From Candidatus Saccharimonadales bacterium (lineage in GTDB: Bacteria; Patescibacteriota; Saccharimonadia; Saccharimonadales; JAGPDM01): a stretch of DNA of 61,868 nucleotides. Each line of letters opens with the position of its first letter. Positions within the stretch are counted from its first letter, which is position 1. The stretch spans positions 1 through 61,868 of the forward strand of contig JBGAVT010000004.1 of the NCBI GenBank assembly GCA_044227985.1, given 5' to 3'. The notes under the pieces were generated by a model. That model made no database searches, was not told the DNA's origin, and saw nothing but the letters and a program-made list of their open reading frames with translations. Shown here piece after piece: positions 35,728-46,073 of the stretch. The translations under genes were made by a program, and so were the position numbers.

Positions 35728-38169
35728 TTAATTTTTCTTGCTTCTCCTCACATATGTAATTAATACAGCAGCTACAGCAAAGCCGGATAATATCCCTAAT
35801 GTTAATATCATTTTATTTGTGTGATACATCTCTCCAGATTTATTTTCATTCTTATCACCTAACACATTACCAGGAATTTCAGCTTCTTTTCTATTATTGT
35901 TTTCTGGATTTATTACAAACGAATCATCATCTGTGATTTTATAACTAGGCTCGTTTGGACTTCCAACTTCAACGGGTTGGTCACTATTTTCATTTGTGTG
36001 GAGCTGAGAGTTGTCACGAGAACTAATTAACAATTCAACTTTTTTTGGATCTGCTTTCTTTTCTGCTTTGGTCTTTTCGGAAGCTGTTATTGTATGATAG
36101 CTGATTGGGCTACCACCAAAGTCATTGTGTGCAGCAATACCAATTCGACTGTTTGTGACTATTATCTCCGATGGAATTTCGACAGGAAAATCTTCGACAG
36201 AAATAAGTCGTAGTAATCTTCCATCTTGATCGTGCAGTGAGTAAACAGATATTTTCTCGCTACCTTGGTCTTCTGATTGCGCGCTGACTGTTTGTGTGGA
36301 CAATACATTACTTACAAATGTGAATATTCTATGCAGTGGACCATGGTCTTTGTTCTCACGGCCAACAGGATCACTAATTTCATTTGTATTCTCTAGGTTG
36401 AAGAATTTGGAACTATCTAACGGCGGCGGACTCTTTGGTAAAGATGTACGGAATGTTTCTGAAACTACAACCGTGAAATTACTTTGGCGATATGAACCCG
36501 TGTCCGCGTTGACCGTAACTTTTCCAGAGTAGCTACCTTCTGTGTCGTATGAATAGCTAGCGATTGGCGTCGTTGTAGTAGTATCGATAGTGCCATTACC
36601 ATCGAAGTCCCATTTATAGGACGCTATACTAGTACCTGGCTGTGGAGCTGAATTTGCGACACTGAAATAAACCGTTTCGTTTAGTGGGGTTGCATACGAC
36701 CCAGCATTCATGGTTACAGCAGGAGCAGTTCTTATATTATTGAGTATTTCGATTACCCCTTGAGTTGAAGAATCATATTCCGAAAATATGTAGTAGCCAT
36801 CTTCGGTCACTATTTCTTTATTCTTTTCTGGATTCTGGTATTCCATTAGATAAGGTTCAACCATTTCAGCGGTTACTACTGAAACTTCAATATTTTTTTG
36901 TTTTATATATGAGATAACCTCGTGGATATCTCTACCGTCAGATGAAACATCAGTCGTATCTTCATCTGTTATCACGATGATGTGTCTCGCTACATCATTC
37001 CGCCACGTCATCTGGTCAGTTGCTACAAGTATCCCGTCTAGTAGAGGAGCCGTATAGTTGAATAGACTTGCAGTAGGTCCAATGTATGTTTTCATCGATT
37101 CCAGTTCCTCTGGGTTGTAGCTTAGGTTCATCCTTATATCTGCATGAGTATTATACTCATTGCCTGCGAGGTCTCTCAACAGGATAAGACCCGAGTTCGT
37201 GCCAGAGGACCGTATCAAAGGATTACTAATTATTGCTTCAGGGTTAAGGTAATGTAGATAGTTAGAATATTTATAGCCTGATAGCTGGCCATTTCTATCG
37301 ACTATAAAGACAATATCTGTTGGTTTTGTAACAATGCTGTTGAGAGTATTAATTGCTTCAGGTTGGAGCTGTTGTTCTGGCTCAGATGACTCTGATGAGC
37401 GTTTTAGTAACGATTGTGCAACTCTACCGGCCGCTTCTTTTGCTGCGGTGGGCACATATTCCGCCGGGTACTCACCATGTTTTCCGTGTTTAATCTTGCT
37501 GTATCTGTTCTCACAGATCCCATCATCGTGTAAGCAAAAGCTATTAATCTTGCCACGATAACTCTCGGCAAACTCATCTCTAACTTCTAATATTCCACCA
37601 GAACGTCCAAAATATTCTTTTTTCTTAAAATTCCCACGGGCAGCGTACGAGTCAGGGTTAAACCGAGGATCACCGAAAAGCCCAATGTAGTCGATCTGAT
37701 TTTGAATATTTTCAGGTATGTCTTTTAGGGCATCGCCAATAGCATGTGATCCCTGAGAGTAGCCCGAGACAACTATTCGTTGATTGGGGCAAGCCGCGTG
37801 TGCGATTTCCAGTCTGTCTTTTAGCATAGTTGTACCCGTGTTTTTACTCATAAAGTAACCATCGTTATTTTTGTTACCTGGATCAAATTCTGCCCACATA
37901 AATTGCATATTTGTTTTCCACGCAGGGTAATTCATTGATTCAGTTCTTATCGATATATCTTGACCCATTTTATTTTTTAATTCATTAAAAAAAGTAATTG
38001 CTTCAGGTTGACTATTCGATACATCAATATTATCGTTCTGGCCGGATCCTCTGAGGTGAATAGATAGCACGTCATCACAATCAGCCGCATTTACAAAAAC
38101 CGACGAAGATGCGTAGATTACCAGAATTCCAATAACTGTTAATACAAAACCATATTTAATGGTTCTCAA
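35728..38169 (-). CDS. cutinase-like serine esterase plus PKD domain, C-terminally membrane-anchored surface protein
   Basis: GYSQGS nucleophile elbow in an N-terminal domain, a PKD-like YKWDFDGNGTID motif, and a C-terminal hydrophobic span followed by RRSKKN. The longest ORF reaches 38211. TTG 38169 is preceded by GGAG plus 7 nt and removes most of the overlap with the upstream gene. Confidence 0.75.
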   Translation of the reverse strand: MRTIKYGFVLTVIGILVIYASSSVFVNAADCDDVLSIHLRGSGQNDNIDVSNSQPEAITFFNELKNKMGQDISIRTESMNYPAWKTNMQFMWAEFDPGNKNNDGYFMSKNTGTTMLKDRLEIAHAACPNQRIVVSGYSQGSHAIGDALKDIPENIQNQIDYIGLFGDPRFNPDSYAARGNFKKKEYFGRSGGILEVRDEFAESYRGKINSFCLHDDGICENRYSKIKHGKHGEYPAEYVPTAAKEAAGRVAQSLLKRSSESSEPEQQLQPEAINTLNSIVTKPTDIVFIVDRNGQLSGYKYSNYLHYLNPEAIISNPLIRSSGTNSGLILLRDLAGNEYNTHADIRMNLSYNPEELESMKTYIGPTASLFNYTAPLLDGILVATDQMTWRNDVARHIIVITDEDTTDVSSDGRDIHEVISYIKQKNIEVSVVTAEMVEPYLMEYQNPEKNKEIVTEDGYYIFSEYDSSTQGVIEILNNIRTAPAVTMNAGSYATPLNETVYFSVANSAPQPGTSIASYKWDFDGNGTIDTTTTTPIASYSYDTEGSYSGKVTVNADTGSYRQSNFTVVVSETFRTSLPKSPPPLDSSKFFNLENTNEISDPVGRENKDHGPLHRIFTFVSNVLSTQTVSAQSEDQGSEKISVYSLHDQDGRLLRLISVEDFPVEIPSEIIVTNSRIGIAAHNDFGGSPISYHTITASEKTKAEKKADPKKVELLISSRDNSQLHTNENSDQPVEVGSPNEPSYKITDDDSFVINPENNNRKEAEIPGNVLGDKNENKSGEMYHTNKMILTLGILSGFAVAAVLITYVRRSKKN

Positions 38170-38650
38170 TTTTTTTCTCCATCGCAGTAAGCTGAATATT
38201 GAGACTATCATCGAGTTCTACAACATACACTGAAATTATTATTTTCAGTTTCGTGTTTAGATGGCTGATGGTGCAATAATTGATATTTTTGTTGGAGGAG
38301 CTTTTGCCACATGATAATTGTTCTTCCTTTGAGTAGTTTGAATCTAATCGCCTGATAATATCATTAGTAAATGATTTGATATCTTCGGCACGATTATTTT
38401 TCTTAGCACTATAAGTAGCCTTGTAGTTTGCGCATGTATCAATACATAAATTCATTCCATCAAATTCTGCATTTTCTAGAACCCATGATGAGTCAGTAAT
38501 TTTATTGACTTCATCTCGAAGTTTTTTCTCTTGTAAAATGTTGTCTAAATAGACATAAGAAAGACAAAGCAAGAAAATGGCTGATACAACAAAGAGAGTT
38601 TTTCTAAATACACTCCACTCTACCCACTTTTGAGTTTTTTTAACCCTCAT
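38156..38650 (-). CDS. N-terminally anchored hypothetical protein
   Basis: ORF 38156-38686. ATG 38650 (MRVKKTQKW...) is preceded by TATGAT-N6. Has a single hydrophobic span. Confidence 0.5.
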   Translation of the reverse strand: MRVKKTQKWVEWSVFRKTLFVVSAIFLLCLSYVYLDNILQEKKLRDEVNKITDSSWVLENAEFDGMNLCIDTCANYKATYSAKKNNRAEDIKSFTNDIIRRLDSNYSKEEQLSCGKSSSNKNINYCTISHLNTKLKIIISVYVVELDDSLNIQLTAMEKKIENH

Positions 38651-38656
38651 AATTAA

Positions 38657-38662
38657 ATCATA
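38657..38662 (-). promoter_or_regulatory. -10 box (TATGAT) of putative leaderless promoter
   Basis: Minus strand reads TATGAT, then 6 nt (ttaatt), then ATG 38650. Confidence 0.35.
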
Positions 38663-38725
38663 GCGAAACTGGGTATAAAAAAACAAGTAAGTATAAGTTT
38701 GCTGACGAAAACAATGTAACTGTCG

Positions 38726-38734
38726 TGGTATAAT
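38726..38734 (+). promoter_or_regulatory. extended -10 (TGgTATAAT) upstream of pheS
   Basis: TGGTATAAT, then 7 nt, then GTG 38742. No SD. Confidence 0.4.
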
Positions 38735-38741
38735 TTCATGA

Positions 38742-39764
38742 GTGGAACAGATAGAAACAACAAAGCAGTTATTGCATAAGAGGTTAGAAACGCTAGATGA
38801 GCCGAGACAGATTTTGCGTGCTCCGGAACTTCGCCAACTATATGCTCAAATCAAGTCAATTCCGGATAGTGAAAAAGCTAGTTTTGGGCAGGCGATTAAT
38901 GGCCTGAAACAAGAGCTTGAAGCTATTGTGGAAGAACGAGAGAATCAGAAGGACGATACACGAACTCCAATTGATGTTACGGCACCCTTTGAGATCAATA
39001 GTGAATTACCCTCATTATTACCAACTGAAAATGGAACAATTCATCCGATAAAGGCTGAGATGGAAAAAATCAGCAACATTTACGGTCGCATGGGTTTTGA
39101 AGTTGTTGAATCACGAGAAATTGATGATGAATTCCATATGTTTAGTAGTTTGAATTTTCCGGAAGGTCATCCAGCCCGTGATGACTATGACACGTTCATT
39201 ACTGAGGAAGGTTTAATCGCACCAGCTCATACGAGCACGATGCAAAACCGAGTTCTGAAAGGAAGAAAAGACTTACTAGAAGCCGGGCAACCGATTGCTG
39301 TAATTGCCATGGATCGTGTGTTCCGTAACGAAGATCTTGATGCGCGTCATGAGCATACTTTTGTTCAGAACGAAGGTATTTTTGTTGGTGAAAATATTAC
39401 CGTTGGTAATTTAGTAGCTACATTAAAGCAGTTTTTTGCTAGTTATTTTGAACGCGAACTAGAGGTAAAAATAACTCCATTCTATTTCCCATTTACTGAG
39501 CCAAGTTTCGAACTCTCCCTAGCTTGTCCATTCTGCGAAGAAGGTGACTACTGCAAGGTTTGCAGTAGTGAGCGTTGGATTGAAATGCTCGGTTGTGGGA
39601 TGATTCATCCAAATGTACTACAGATGGCTGATATTGATCCAGAAAAATACACAGGATTTGCGTGGGGTGGTGGTGTTGAAAGATTAGTAATGATCAAGCA
39701 TGGTATCGAAGATGTTCGTTACTTTAATTCTGCTAAATTAGCATTTCTGAGACAGTTCAAGTGA
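38742..39764 (+). CDS. pheS: phenylalanine--tRNA ligase alpha subunit
   Basis: 340 aa. Class II motifs are FPEGHPARD, AMDRVFRNE and GFAWGGGVERL. Confidence 0.9.
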   Translation: MEQIETTKQLLHKRLETLDEPRQILRAPELRQLYAQIKSIPDSEKASFGQAINGLKQELEAIVEERENQKDDTRTPIDVTAPFEINSELPSLLPTENGTIHPIKAEMEKISNIYGRMGFEVVESREIDDEFHMFSSLNFPEGHPARDDYDTFITEEGLIAPAHTSTMQNRVLKGRKDLLEAGQPIAVIAMDRVFRNEDLDARHEHTFVQNEGIFVGENITVGNLVATLKQFFASYFERELEVKITPFYFPFTEPSFELSLACPFCEEGDYCKVCSSERWIEMLGCGMIHPNVLQMADIDPEKYTGFAWGGGVERLVMIKHGIEDVRYFNSAKLAFLRQFK

Positions 39765-40327
39765 GAAAAACAATTTTAATTCATGGTAAAACCCGTAAAA
39801 ATGATTTCTATGATCCGGATAGTGAAACACCGAGTAATGCTCTGTGGTTTCCGTGGTTATCTCGGCAGCTTTTAGCAAAAGATATACTTCCAATTGCACC
39901 GGAAATACCAAATAGTTGGCAGCCACGCTATCACCTATGGAAAGCGGAAATTGAGCGTTTTGAAATTGACGAAGAAACTGATTTAGTAGGGCACAGTTGT
40001 GGTGGAGGGTTTTTAGTTCGTTGGCTCAGTGAGAATCAAAATATTCGCTGTCGAAAAGTTATTCTGGTTGCACCTTGGATCGATCCGGAACGAGAATTTG
40101 ATACGACAGACTTTTTCGATTTTGAAATTGATCCGAAGATAGCTGTACGAGTGAAAAAATTTGTAGTCTACAGCTCTACCAACGATGATAATCGTATACA
40201 GGCTTCGATTAAAATAATCCGAAAAGAAATCCCAGATCATACCTATCGTGAGTTTGAAAATGTCGGACATTTCGCTAGCTTCAAAAACCATGAATTCCCA
40301 GAACTACTCGAGGAGTTAGCCGGATGA
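39761..40327 (+). CDS. alpha/beta serine hydrolase, YdeN/RBBP9-like
   Basis: 188 aa with the LVGHSCGG nucleophile elbow, and later D (NDDNR) and H (VGHFAS). GTG start overlaps the pheS stop (GTGA). Confidence 0.65.
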   Translation: MRKTILIHGKTRKNDFYDPDSETPSNALWFPWLSRQLLAKDILPIAPEIPNSWQPRYHLWKAEIERFEIDEETDLVGHSCGGGFLVRWLSENQNIRCRKVILVAPWIDPEREFDTTDFFDFEIDPKIAVRVKKFVVYSSTNDDNRIQASIKIIRKEIPDHTYREFENVGHFASFKNHEFPELLEELAG

Positions 40328-41064
40328 TAAAACACCCTATTACGCACTACTCTCAACCAACCAACTACTCATGTTCGCCTACATCGTTGGCTATGCTTTT
40401 ATCATTTTTTGGTAAAGCTTACACACCTGAAAATATTATCGAAAATATTCCGATAGAAACCGATAATGAAGGTAAAGAATTGGGTACAATCACTCAGCAT
40501 TTAGCAACGTGGTGTATCGCCAAGGGCTTTGAGGTAACTATGTATAGTGCCGACTTTCAAATCATCGATTTGTCATGGATTAGCACTGAGAAAGAACAGC
40601 TTTTGGGAAATCTACTATCTGTTCTTGAACACCGTAATATACCTAGCCTTGGTAAAGATCATTCGAGAGCTTACGTGCAGAGCTACATTAGTTTTTTAGA
40701 AAATGGCGGTAAGTTAGAAATTATTCCATATATGACAACCAAACTAATCGATTCAATACTTACTGATTCCCCACTTTTTTTAACGCTAAATGAGGCCATA
40801 CTCAATAAGGAAGGTCGTAAAATAGATACAGGGTTACGACAAAGTAGACACGATGATAAAGATGGGATTTTAGTCAATCATAGTGTCGTGTTGTTTGGTA
40901 AAAACGATAATGAAAACTACCTACTAGCTGATCCATGGAGAGAGTCTGAAAATGGGTTTCGAGAAATTGAACCAGAACATTTACTGGCAGCTATGGCTGG
41001 TGCTCAGATGGAATGTGACAATTTATTATTTCAGCTCAAGCCAAAAGAGGAGAAAACTATATGA
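40324..41064 (+). CDS. papain-fold cysteine peptidase, C39-like
   Basis: 246 aa. HYSQPTNYSCSPTSLAMLL gives the Q...C catalytic context, and VNHSVVLFG a candidate His. ATGA overlaps occur at both ends. Confidence 0.55.
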   Translation: MIKHPITHYSQPTNYSCSPTSLAMLLSFFGKAYTPENIIENIPIETDNEGKELGTITQHLATWCIAKGFEVTMYSADFQIIDLSWISTEKEQLLGNLLSVLEHRNIPSLGKDHSRAYVQSYISFLENGGKLEIIPYMTTKLIDSILTDSPLFLTLNEAILNKEGRKIDTGLRQSRHDDKDGILVNHSVVLFGKNDNENYLLADPWRESENGFREIEPEHLLAAMAGAQMECDNLLFQLKPKEEKTI

Positions 41065-43550
41065 AACTTAGCTTAGCCTGGGCACAAAAACTAGCAGATG
41101 CTGACATTGCTTCATTACCGATGGATGAGATCATTACATTGGCTACTGAGAGACTTGGCGGTATCGAAAGTTACGAAGATTATGGTAGCCGTTTCAATGG
41201 CGTTCTTATTGCTAGGGTTGAATCGTGTGTAAAACACCCAAATGCCGATAAACTCAGTCTTTGCAAGGTTGATGATGGTGGGGTTAGAAAAGATGTCGAG
41301 CGTGATGGCGACGGAAATATCCAGGTAATTTGTGGTGCACCAAATGTTCGTAAAGGCTTACTGGTAGCCTGGATTCCACCGAAAGTCGCTGTTCCGAGCA
41401 CATTTGATGATGCTGAGCCATTCGTGCTCGAAGCTCGTAAGCTTCGTGGTGAGATTAGCAACGGCATGATTGCTAGCCCAAAAGAACTTGGAATCAGTAA
41501 TGAGCACGCAGGGATTTTAGAAGTTGAAGAGGATGCACACACAGGTCAAGCGCTTAAAGAACTTTATTTGCTCGACGATGTGATTATTGAGATTGAAAAT
41601 AAGATGTTTACTCATCGGCCGGATTGTTTTGGACAACTCGGCTTGGCTCGTGAGTTGTCAGGGATCCAAGCAAAACCATTCCATTCTCCCGACTGGTATA
41701 AGGTTGAACCAAAAGCCCTACAGAATAGTACTAATTCAGAAATAAAAGGCCTCAGCGTATCGATTGAAACTGACTTCTGTCCACGTTATAGCGCTGTTAT
41801 TATCGATAATATTAAAGTTGGTCCGAGTCCAATTTGGTTGCAGAGTTTACTCAATCGTGTCGGTCTTCGACCAATAAACAATGTCGTCGACATCACTAAC
41901 TACATGATGATGCTCAGCGCACAGCCGCTACATGCTTTTGACTTTGATAAAATATCACAAAATGGCAAAGCGGAGATAATCATTCGAACAGCCAAAGTAG
42001 GCGAGAGCATGGTATTACTAGACGGAAAAAGTATTAAACTACGTCAAGATGATGTGCTGATAACTAGTTCTGGTCGTCCAATAGCGCTCGGTGGTGTAAT
42101 GGGTGGTGGAAATTCTGAAGTTGATGAAAATACTACGACCATAGTTCTGGAATCAGCGACTTTTGATATGTATAATCTACGAAAAACCAGCATGCATCAC
42201 GGCTTATTTACCGACGCGGTTACAAGATTTAACAAAGGTCAGTCACCATTACAGACTAAAGCTGTATTATTTGAGGCTGTTTCGATGTTTGAAAAAATCG
42301 TTGGTGCAGAAGTTATAGGTGAAGCTGTAGATAACTTACCTGAAGTAATAGAGAAATCCCCAGTAAAGGTTTCCTCGACTTTTATTAGCGCTCGTCTCGG
42401 TAAAGTGTTTCCGGCTAATGAAATTAAGAAAAGCCTAGAAAATGTTGAATTTTTGGTTGAAGTAGATGAGAGCATATTGAAAATTACACCACCATTTTGG
42501 CGAACTGATATTGAGATTGCCGAAGACATCGTCGAAGAGATCGGTCGGATGTATGGTTTTAACCGTCTTCCATCCGAATTACCAAAACGTTCAACGATAC
42601 CACCACCGCTTGATCATAAGTTACAGCTTAAAGAAAAAATCCGTCAGACATTAGCTAGGGCAGGCGCTAATGAAGTTTTAACTTACAGCTTTGTGCACGG
42701 CGATTTGCTAAAAAGGGTCGGCCAGAAAATTGAAGATTCTTATGCTATTCGTAATGCGCTCAGTCCAGATTTGCAGTACTATCGTCAGAGTTTGACACCG
42801 AGTTTGCTTGATAATGTTCACAGTAACATAAAAGCGGGTTATGATGAATTTGCATTGTTTGAACTAAATAAGACACATAATAAAGTCCATAAAACTGACG
42901 ATGACGGCTTGCCGGGTGAGTTGCATATGGTGACGCTTTGTTTCGCTAGCAAAAACCAGAAAATGATAGGTTATTATTCTGCACGACGTTATCTTGATTT
43001 TTTAGCGGAGATTCTTGGGCTTGAGTTGGAGTATAAACCAATCGAGCAGAAACCTGGGTTTCCTGTGACAGCTGCTTTTGAATATAGTCGCTCGGCGTTA
43101 GTAAGTGATAAAAAATCCGGAATATTTATCGGTATCATTGGTGAATATACCCAGTTAGTAATGAAAAATCTGAAATTACCAAAAGCTAGTGCTGGTTTTG
43201 AGCTTGGTCTTGAAGGCTTGCTTGAAGCGATTGAGAAAAATAACGCTTCGCACTACCAGCCAATATCAAAATTTCCTTCAACTACAAAAGATATTACGCT
43301 TCAAGTTGATTCATCGATTGTATTTAGTCGCTTGGAAGATGTAATCGACACTATTCTTAGTAACAGCAAGTATATCTATACTATTAGACCTCTTGGAATT
43401 TATCAGGATGAAGACAAGACTGCTAAGAATGTCAGCTTCCGAATTACGTTGTCACATCATGATCATACATTGACGAACGATGAAGCTAATATTGTCGTTG
43501 CCGATATCGCAAAAATGGCCTTCTCTGAGCTTGGTGCAAAAGTAATTTAA
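41061..43550 (+). CDS. pheT: phenylalanine--tRNA ligase beta subunit
   Basis: 829 aa. Has an N-terminal tRNA-binding (EMAP-like) domain (KHPNADKLSLCKVDDG), B3/4 and B5 regions, and a C-terminal FDX-ACB-like region. Confidence 0.9.
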   Translation: MKLSLAWAQKLADADIASLPMDEIITLATERLGGIESYEDYGSRFNGVLIARVESCVKHPNADKLSLCKVDDGGVRKDVERDGDGNIQVICGAPNVRKGLLVAWIPPKVAVPSTFDDAEPFVLEARKLRGEISNGMIASPKELGISNEHAGILEVEEDAHTGQALKELYLLDDVIIEIENKMFTHRPDCFGQLGLARELSGIQAKPFHSPDWYKVEPKALQNSTNSEIKGLSVSIETDFCPRYSAVIIDNIKVGPSPIWLQSLLNRVGLRPINNVVDITNYMMMLSAQPLHAFDFDKISQNGKAEIIIRTAKVGESMVLLDGKSIKLRQDDVLITSSGRPIALGGVMGGGNSEVDENTTTIVLESATFDMYNLRKTSMHHGLFTDAVTRFNKGQSPLQTKAVLFEAVSMFEKIVGAEVIGEAVDNLPEVIEKSPVKVSSTFISARLGKVFPANEIKKSLENVEFLVEVDESILKITPPFWRTDIEIAEDIVEEIGRMYGFNRLPSELPKRSTIPPPLDHKLQLKEKIRQTLARAGANEVLTYSFVHGDLLKRVGQKIEDSYAIRNALSPDLQYYRQSLTPSLLDNVHSNIKAGYDEFALFELNKTHNKVHKTDDDGLPGELHMVTLCFASKNQKMIGYYSARRYLDFLAEILGLELEYKPIEQKPGFPVTAAFEYSRSALVSDKKSGIFIGIIGEYTQLVMKNLKLPKASAGFELGLEGLLEAIEKNNASHYQPISKFPSTTKDITLQVDSSIVFSRLEDVIDTILSNSKYIYTIRPLGIYQDEDKTAKNVSFRITLSHHDHTLTNDEANIVVADIAKMAFSELGAKVI

Positions 43551-43596
43551 CCACAACCAATATATGATATTATGAGTCTAAACATAAGGAGAATAC

Positions 43597-44037
43597 ATGG
43601 AAGATTTAGCACGGGCAATTGGTGATAGTTTCGGCAATATTAGTTGGTTTGGCGTCGTTATGGCTGCGGTTGCAACTTTCGCAATTAGTGCAATCTGGTA
43701 TCATGAAAAAGTTTTTGGCAAACCATGGATGAAAGCAGTCGGTCTACACATTCGAGACGTTGAGGATGCCAGCATGACCAAAATTTTTAGCGGTAGCTTC
43801 ATGGTTATGGTTCTAACAGCAGTAGCAATGGATGTTTTAGCGCAGTTGCTACAAGTAAATTCTTGGCGCGAAGGTGCGCTTCTTGGTGGTCTAGTCGGAT
43901 TATTTTTTGTTTCGACTGCCATGGTTAACACATACTTGTTTGCACAGCGTAACGCAAACCTAGTAGCAATTGATACTTTTTATCAAATTGTTAACTTTAT
44001 TACGATTGGCCTAATTATTGGCCTTTGGCGTGCTTAA
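43597..44037 (+). CDS. small membrane protein, DUF1761-like
   Basis: 146 aa with 4 hydrophobic spans and an IWYHEKVFGKPWMKAVG motif reminiscent of that family. SD AAGGAG. Confidence 0.5.
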   Translation: MEDLARAIGDSFGNISWFGVVMAAVATFAISAIWYHEKVFGKPWMKAVGLHIRDVEDASMTKIFSGSFMVMVLTAVAMDVLAQLLQVNSWREGALLGGLVGLFFVSTAMVNTYLFAQRNANLVAIDTFYQIVNFITIGLIIGLWRA

Positions 44038-44062
44038 GTAACTATTTTTGATAGATTTTTTC

Positions 44063-44091
44063 TTGCCTAAAACTTAGTAATAGGGTAGTGT
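44063..44091 (+). promoter_or_regulatory. promoter TTGCCT-N17-TAGTGT, putative leaderless ilvB transcript
   Basis: The -10 ends 7 nt before ATG 44099. No SD. Confidence 0.4.
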
Positions 44092-44098
44092 AACCTCT

Positions 44099-45820
44099 AT
44101 GGATACTGAAATAGATGGTGCTCAAGCATTAGTTAAAACTCTCGAAAATCTAGGTGTTGAGTTTATCTTCGGCTACTCCGGTGGCGCTGCTATTCCGATC
44201 TTCGATGCGTTAGTAACAGCTACCGATAAAATAAAGTTGATTATGTCACGCCATGAACAAGGTGCAGCTCATATGGCTGATGGCTATGCTCGCGCTACCG
44301 GAAAGCCAGGAGTAGTGTTGGTAACAAGCGGGCCTGGAGCGGCAAATACTATAACTGGTCTGATGACAGCTCACATGGATAGCGTGCCTATTATTGTTTT
44401 GACCGGTCAACAAATCCGTCCAATGCTTGGTAAGGATGCCTTTCAAGAGGCAGATATCTTTAATATGACGATGCCGGTGACAAAGCACAGCTATCTTGTC
44501 ATGGAAACTAATGATATTCCACGGATTACTCGTGAAGCTTTTCACATTGCCAGTACTGGTCGACAGGGCCCAGTTTTAATCGATCTTCCAAAAGATGTAA
44601 CCTCAGGTGCTTTTAACGGTAGTTTTGACGAACCGATAAAGCTCGGTGGCTACAAGCAAATACTACCACCTACCAAAGAAGACGTAATACCAATGCTCGA
44701 AGCACTTAAGAACGCTAAACGACCGGTGATTTTGGCTGGTCACGGAGCACTTTTATCTGGGGCTGCTAAAAATCTGCGTCAGTTGGCGGAAGAACTCGAC
44801 ATCCCAGTGACTACAACCCTACTCGGAAAAGGTGTTTTCCCAGAAACGCATCATCTTAGCCTAGGCATGATTGGCATGCACGGCACGGCCTATGCTAACA
44901 AAGCTATCGTCGATGCTGATTTGATATTTTCGGTTGGTTCACGTTTTGATGATCGTATCATTGGCAAAGCATCTGAATTTGGTAAAAATGCCAAGATACT
45001 TCATCTAGATATTGACGTTTCTGAGTTTGGAAAAATGATAAAACCTGATTTAAAGCTTGCGGCCGATGCAGATTCAGCACTTCAAATCATGGCTGATTTA
45101 GCGGAGCCACAGAAAAGAGCTGAATGGAATTCAAAGCTTGACGGCTACCGAAAAGATTTCCCGCTTTCATACAAAAAGACCGGTGAACTAACCATGCAAC
45201 AAGTAATCGATGAAGTGTACGATCAAACCGAAGGCAAGGCAATTGTCAGTACCGACGTTGGTCAGCACCAGATGTGGGCAGCTCAGTTTTATAAAACCGA
45301 TCATGGTGATAACTGGTTAAGTTCAGGTGGTGCCGGAACTATGGGTTTTGGTTTTCCAGCTGGCATTGGAGCTCAGGTTGGTCGTCCGGATGACACCGTA
45401 GTTGTTTTCGCTGGTGATGGTGGGTTCCAGATGACGATGCCAGAGCTTGCAACTGCAGCTGTTAATAAGTTGCCGATTAAAATCGTCGTCCTCGATAATA
45501 AATATCTCGGTATGGTTCGCCAATGGCAGGAATTATTTTATGAAAATCGCGAAAGCGGCGTTGATCTTGAAGGTAATCCCAATTTTGTAAAATTAGCTGA
45601 GAGCTATGATGGCATCAAGGGTTTCCATGTCGATAGACCAGAAGATGTCACCAGTGCTGTTGCTCAAATGCTAGCCTACAATGATGGGCCTGCACTTTTG
45701 CATGCTGAGGTCACTAAGAATGAAAACGTATTTCCGATGATTCCAGCCGGTGCACCACTCGAAGATATGATAACCGAGCCACCACAGCATAAAATGGAAA
45801 AACCAACGGGGAGTACCTAG
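44099..45820 (+). CDS. ilvB: acetolactate synthase large subunit (biosynthetic type)
   Basis: 573 aa. Has [29 protein letters not shown] and the TPP motif GDGGFQMT...[10 protein letters not shown] small-subunit gene follows. Confidence 0.9.
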   Translation: MDTEIDGAQALVKTLENLGVEFIFGYSGGAAIPIFDALVTATDKIKLIMSRHEQGAAHMADGYARATGKPGVVLVTSGPGAANTITGLMTAHMDSVPIIVLTGQQIRPMLGKDAFQEADIFNMTMPVTKHSYLVMETNDIPRITREAFHIASTGRQGPVLIDLPKDVTSGAFNGSFDEPIKLGGYKQILPPTKEDVIPMLEALKNAKRPVILAGHGALLSGAAKNLRQLAEELDIPVTTTLLGKGVFPETHHLSLGMIGMHGTAYANKAIVDADLIFSVGSRFDDRIIGKASEFGKNAKILHLDIDVSEFGKMIKPDLKLAADADSALQIMADLAEPQKRAEWNSKLDGYRKDFPLSYKKTGELTMQQVIDEVYDQTEGKAIVSTDVGQHQMWAAQFYKTDHGDNWLSSGGAGTMGFGFPAGIGAQVGRPDDTVVVFAGDGGFQMTMPELATAAVNKLPIKIVVLDNKYLGMVRQWQELFYENRESGVDLEGNPNFVKLAESYDGIKGFHVDRPEDVTSAVAQMLAYNDGPALLHAEVTKNENVFPMIPAGAPLEDMITEPPQHKMEKPTGST

Positions 45821-45821
45821 A

Positions 45822-46073
45822 ATGCCACAAAAGAAAACGCATTACATCTACTTACGGGTAATCGATGAGCCTGGTGTATTAGTTCGCGTGGCGCAAGTTT
45901 TTACTCGACGTAGTTTCAACATTGATTCAGTTGAAGTTAAAGAAGTAAAAGATGAGCCAAATCAAGCTGATATTGTCATCAAAGCTCGAGGAAATGCTGA
46001 TTTAATCCATCAGACAAAAGCGCAGTTACAGAAACTGATAAACGTTTTGACGGTCACTGATCAGACTAAATAA
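45822..46073 (+). CDS. ilvN: acetolactate synthase small subunit, ACT domain only (83 aa)
   Basis: LRVIDEPGVLVRVAQVFTRRSFNIDS is a typical IlvN ACT core. It lacks the C-terminal domain of long IlvH-type subunits. Confidence 0.7.
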   Translation: MPQKKTHYIYLRVIDEPGVLVRVAQVFTRRSFNIDSVEVKEVKDEPNQADIVIKARGNADLIHQTKAQLQKLINVLTVTDQTK

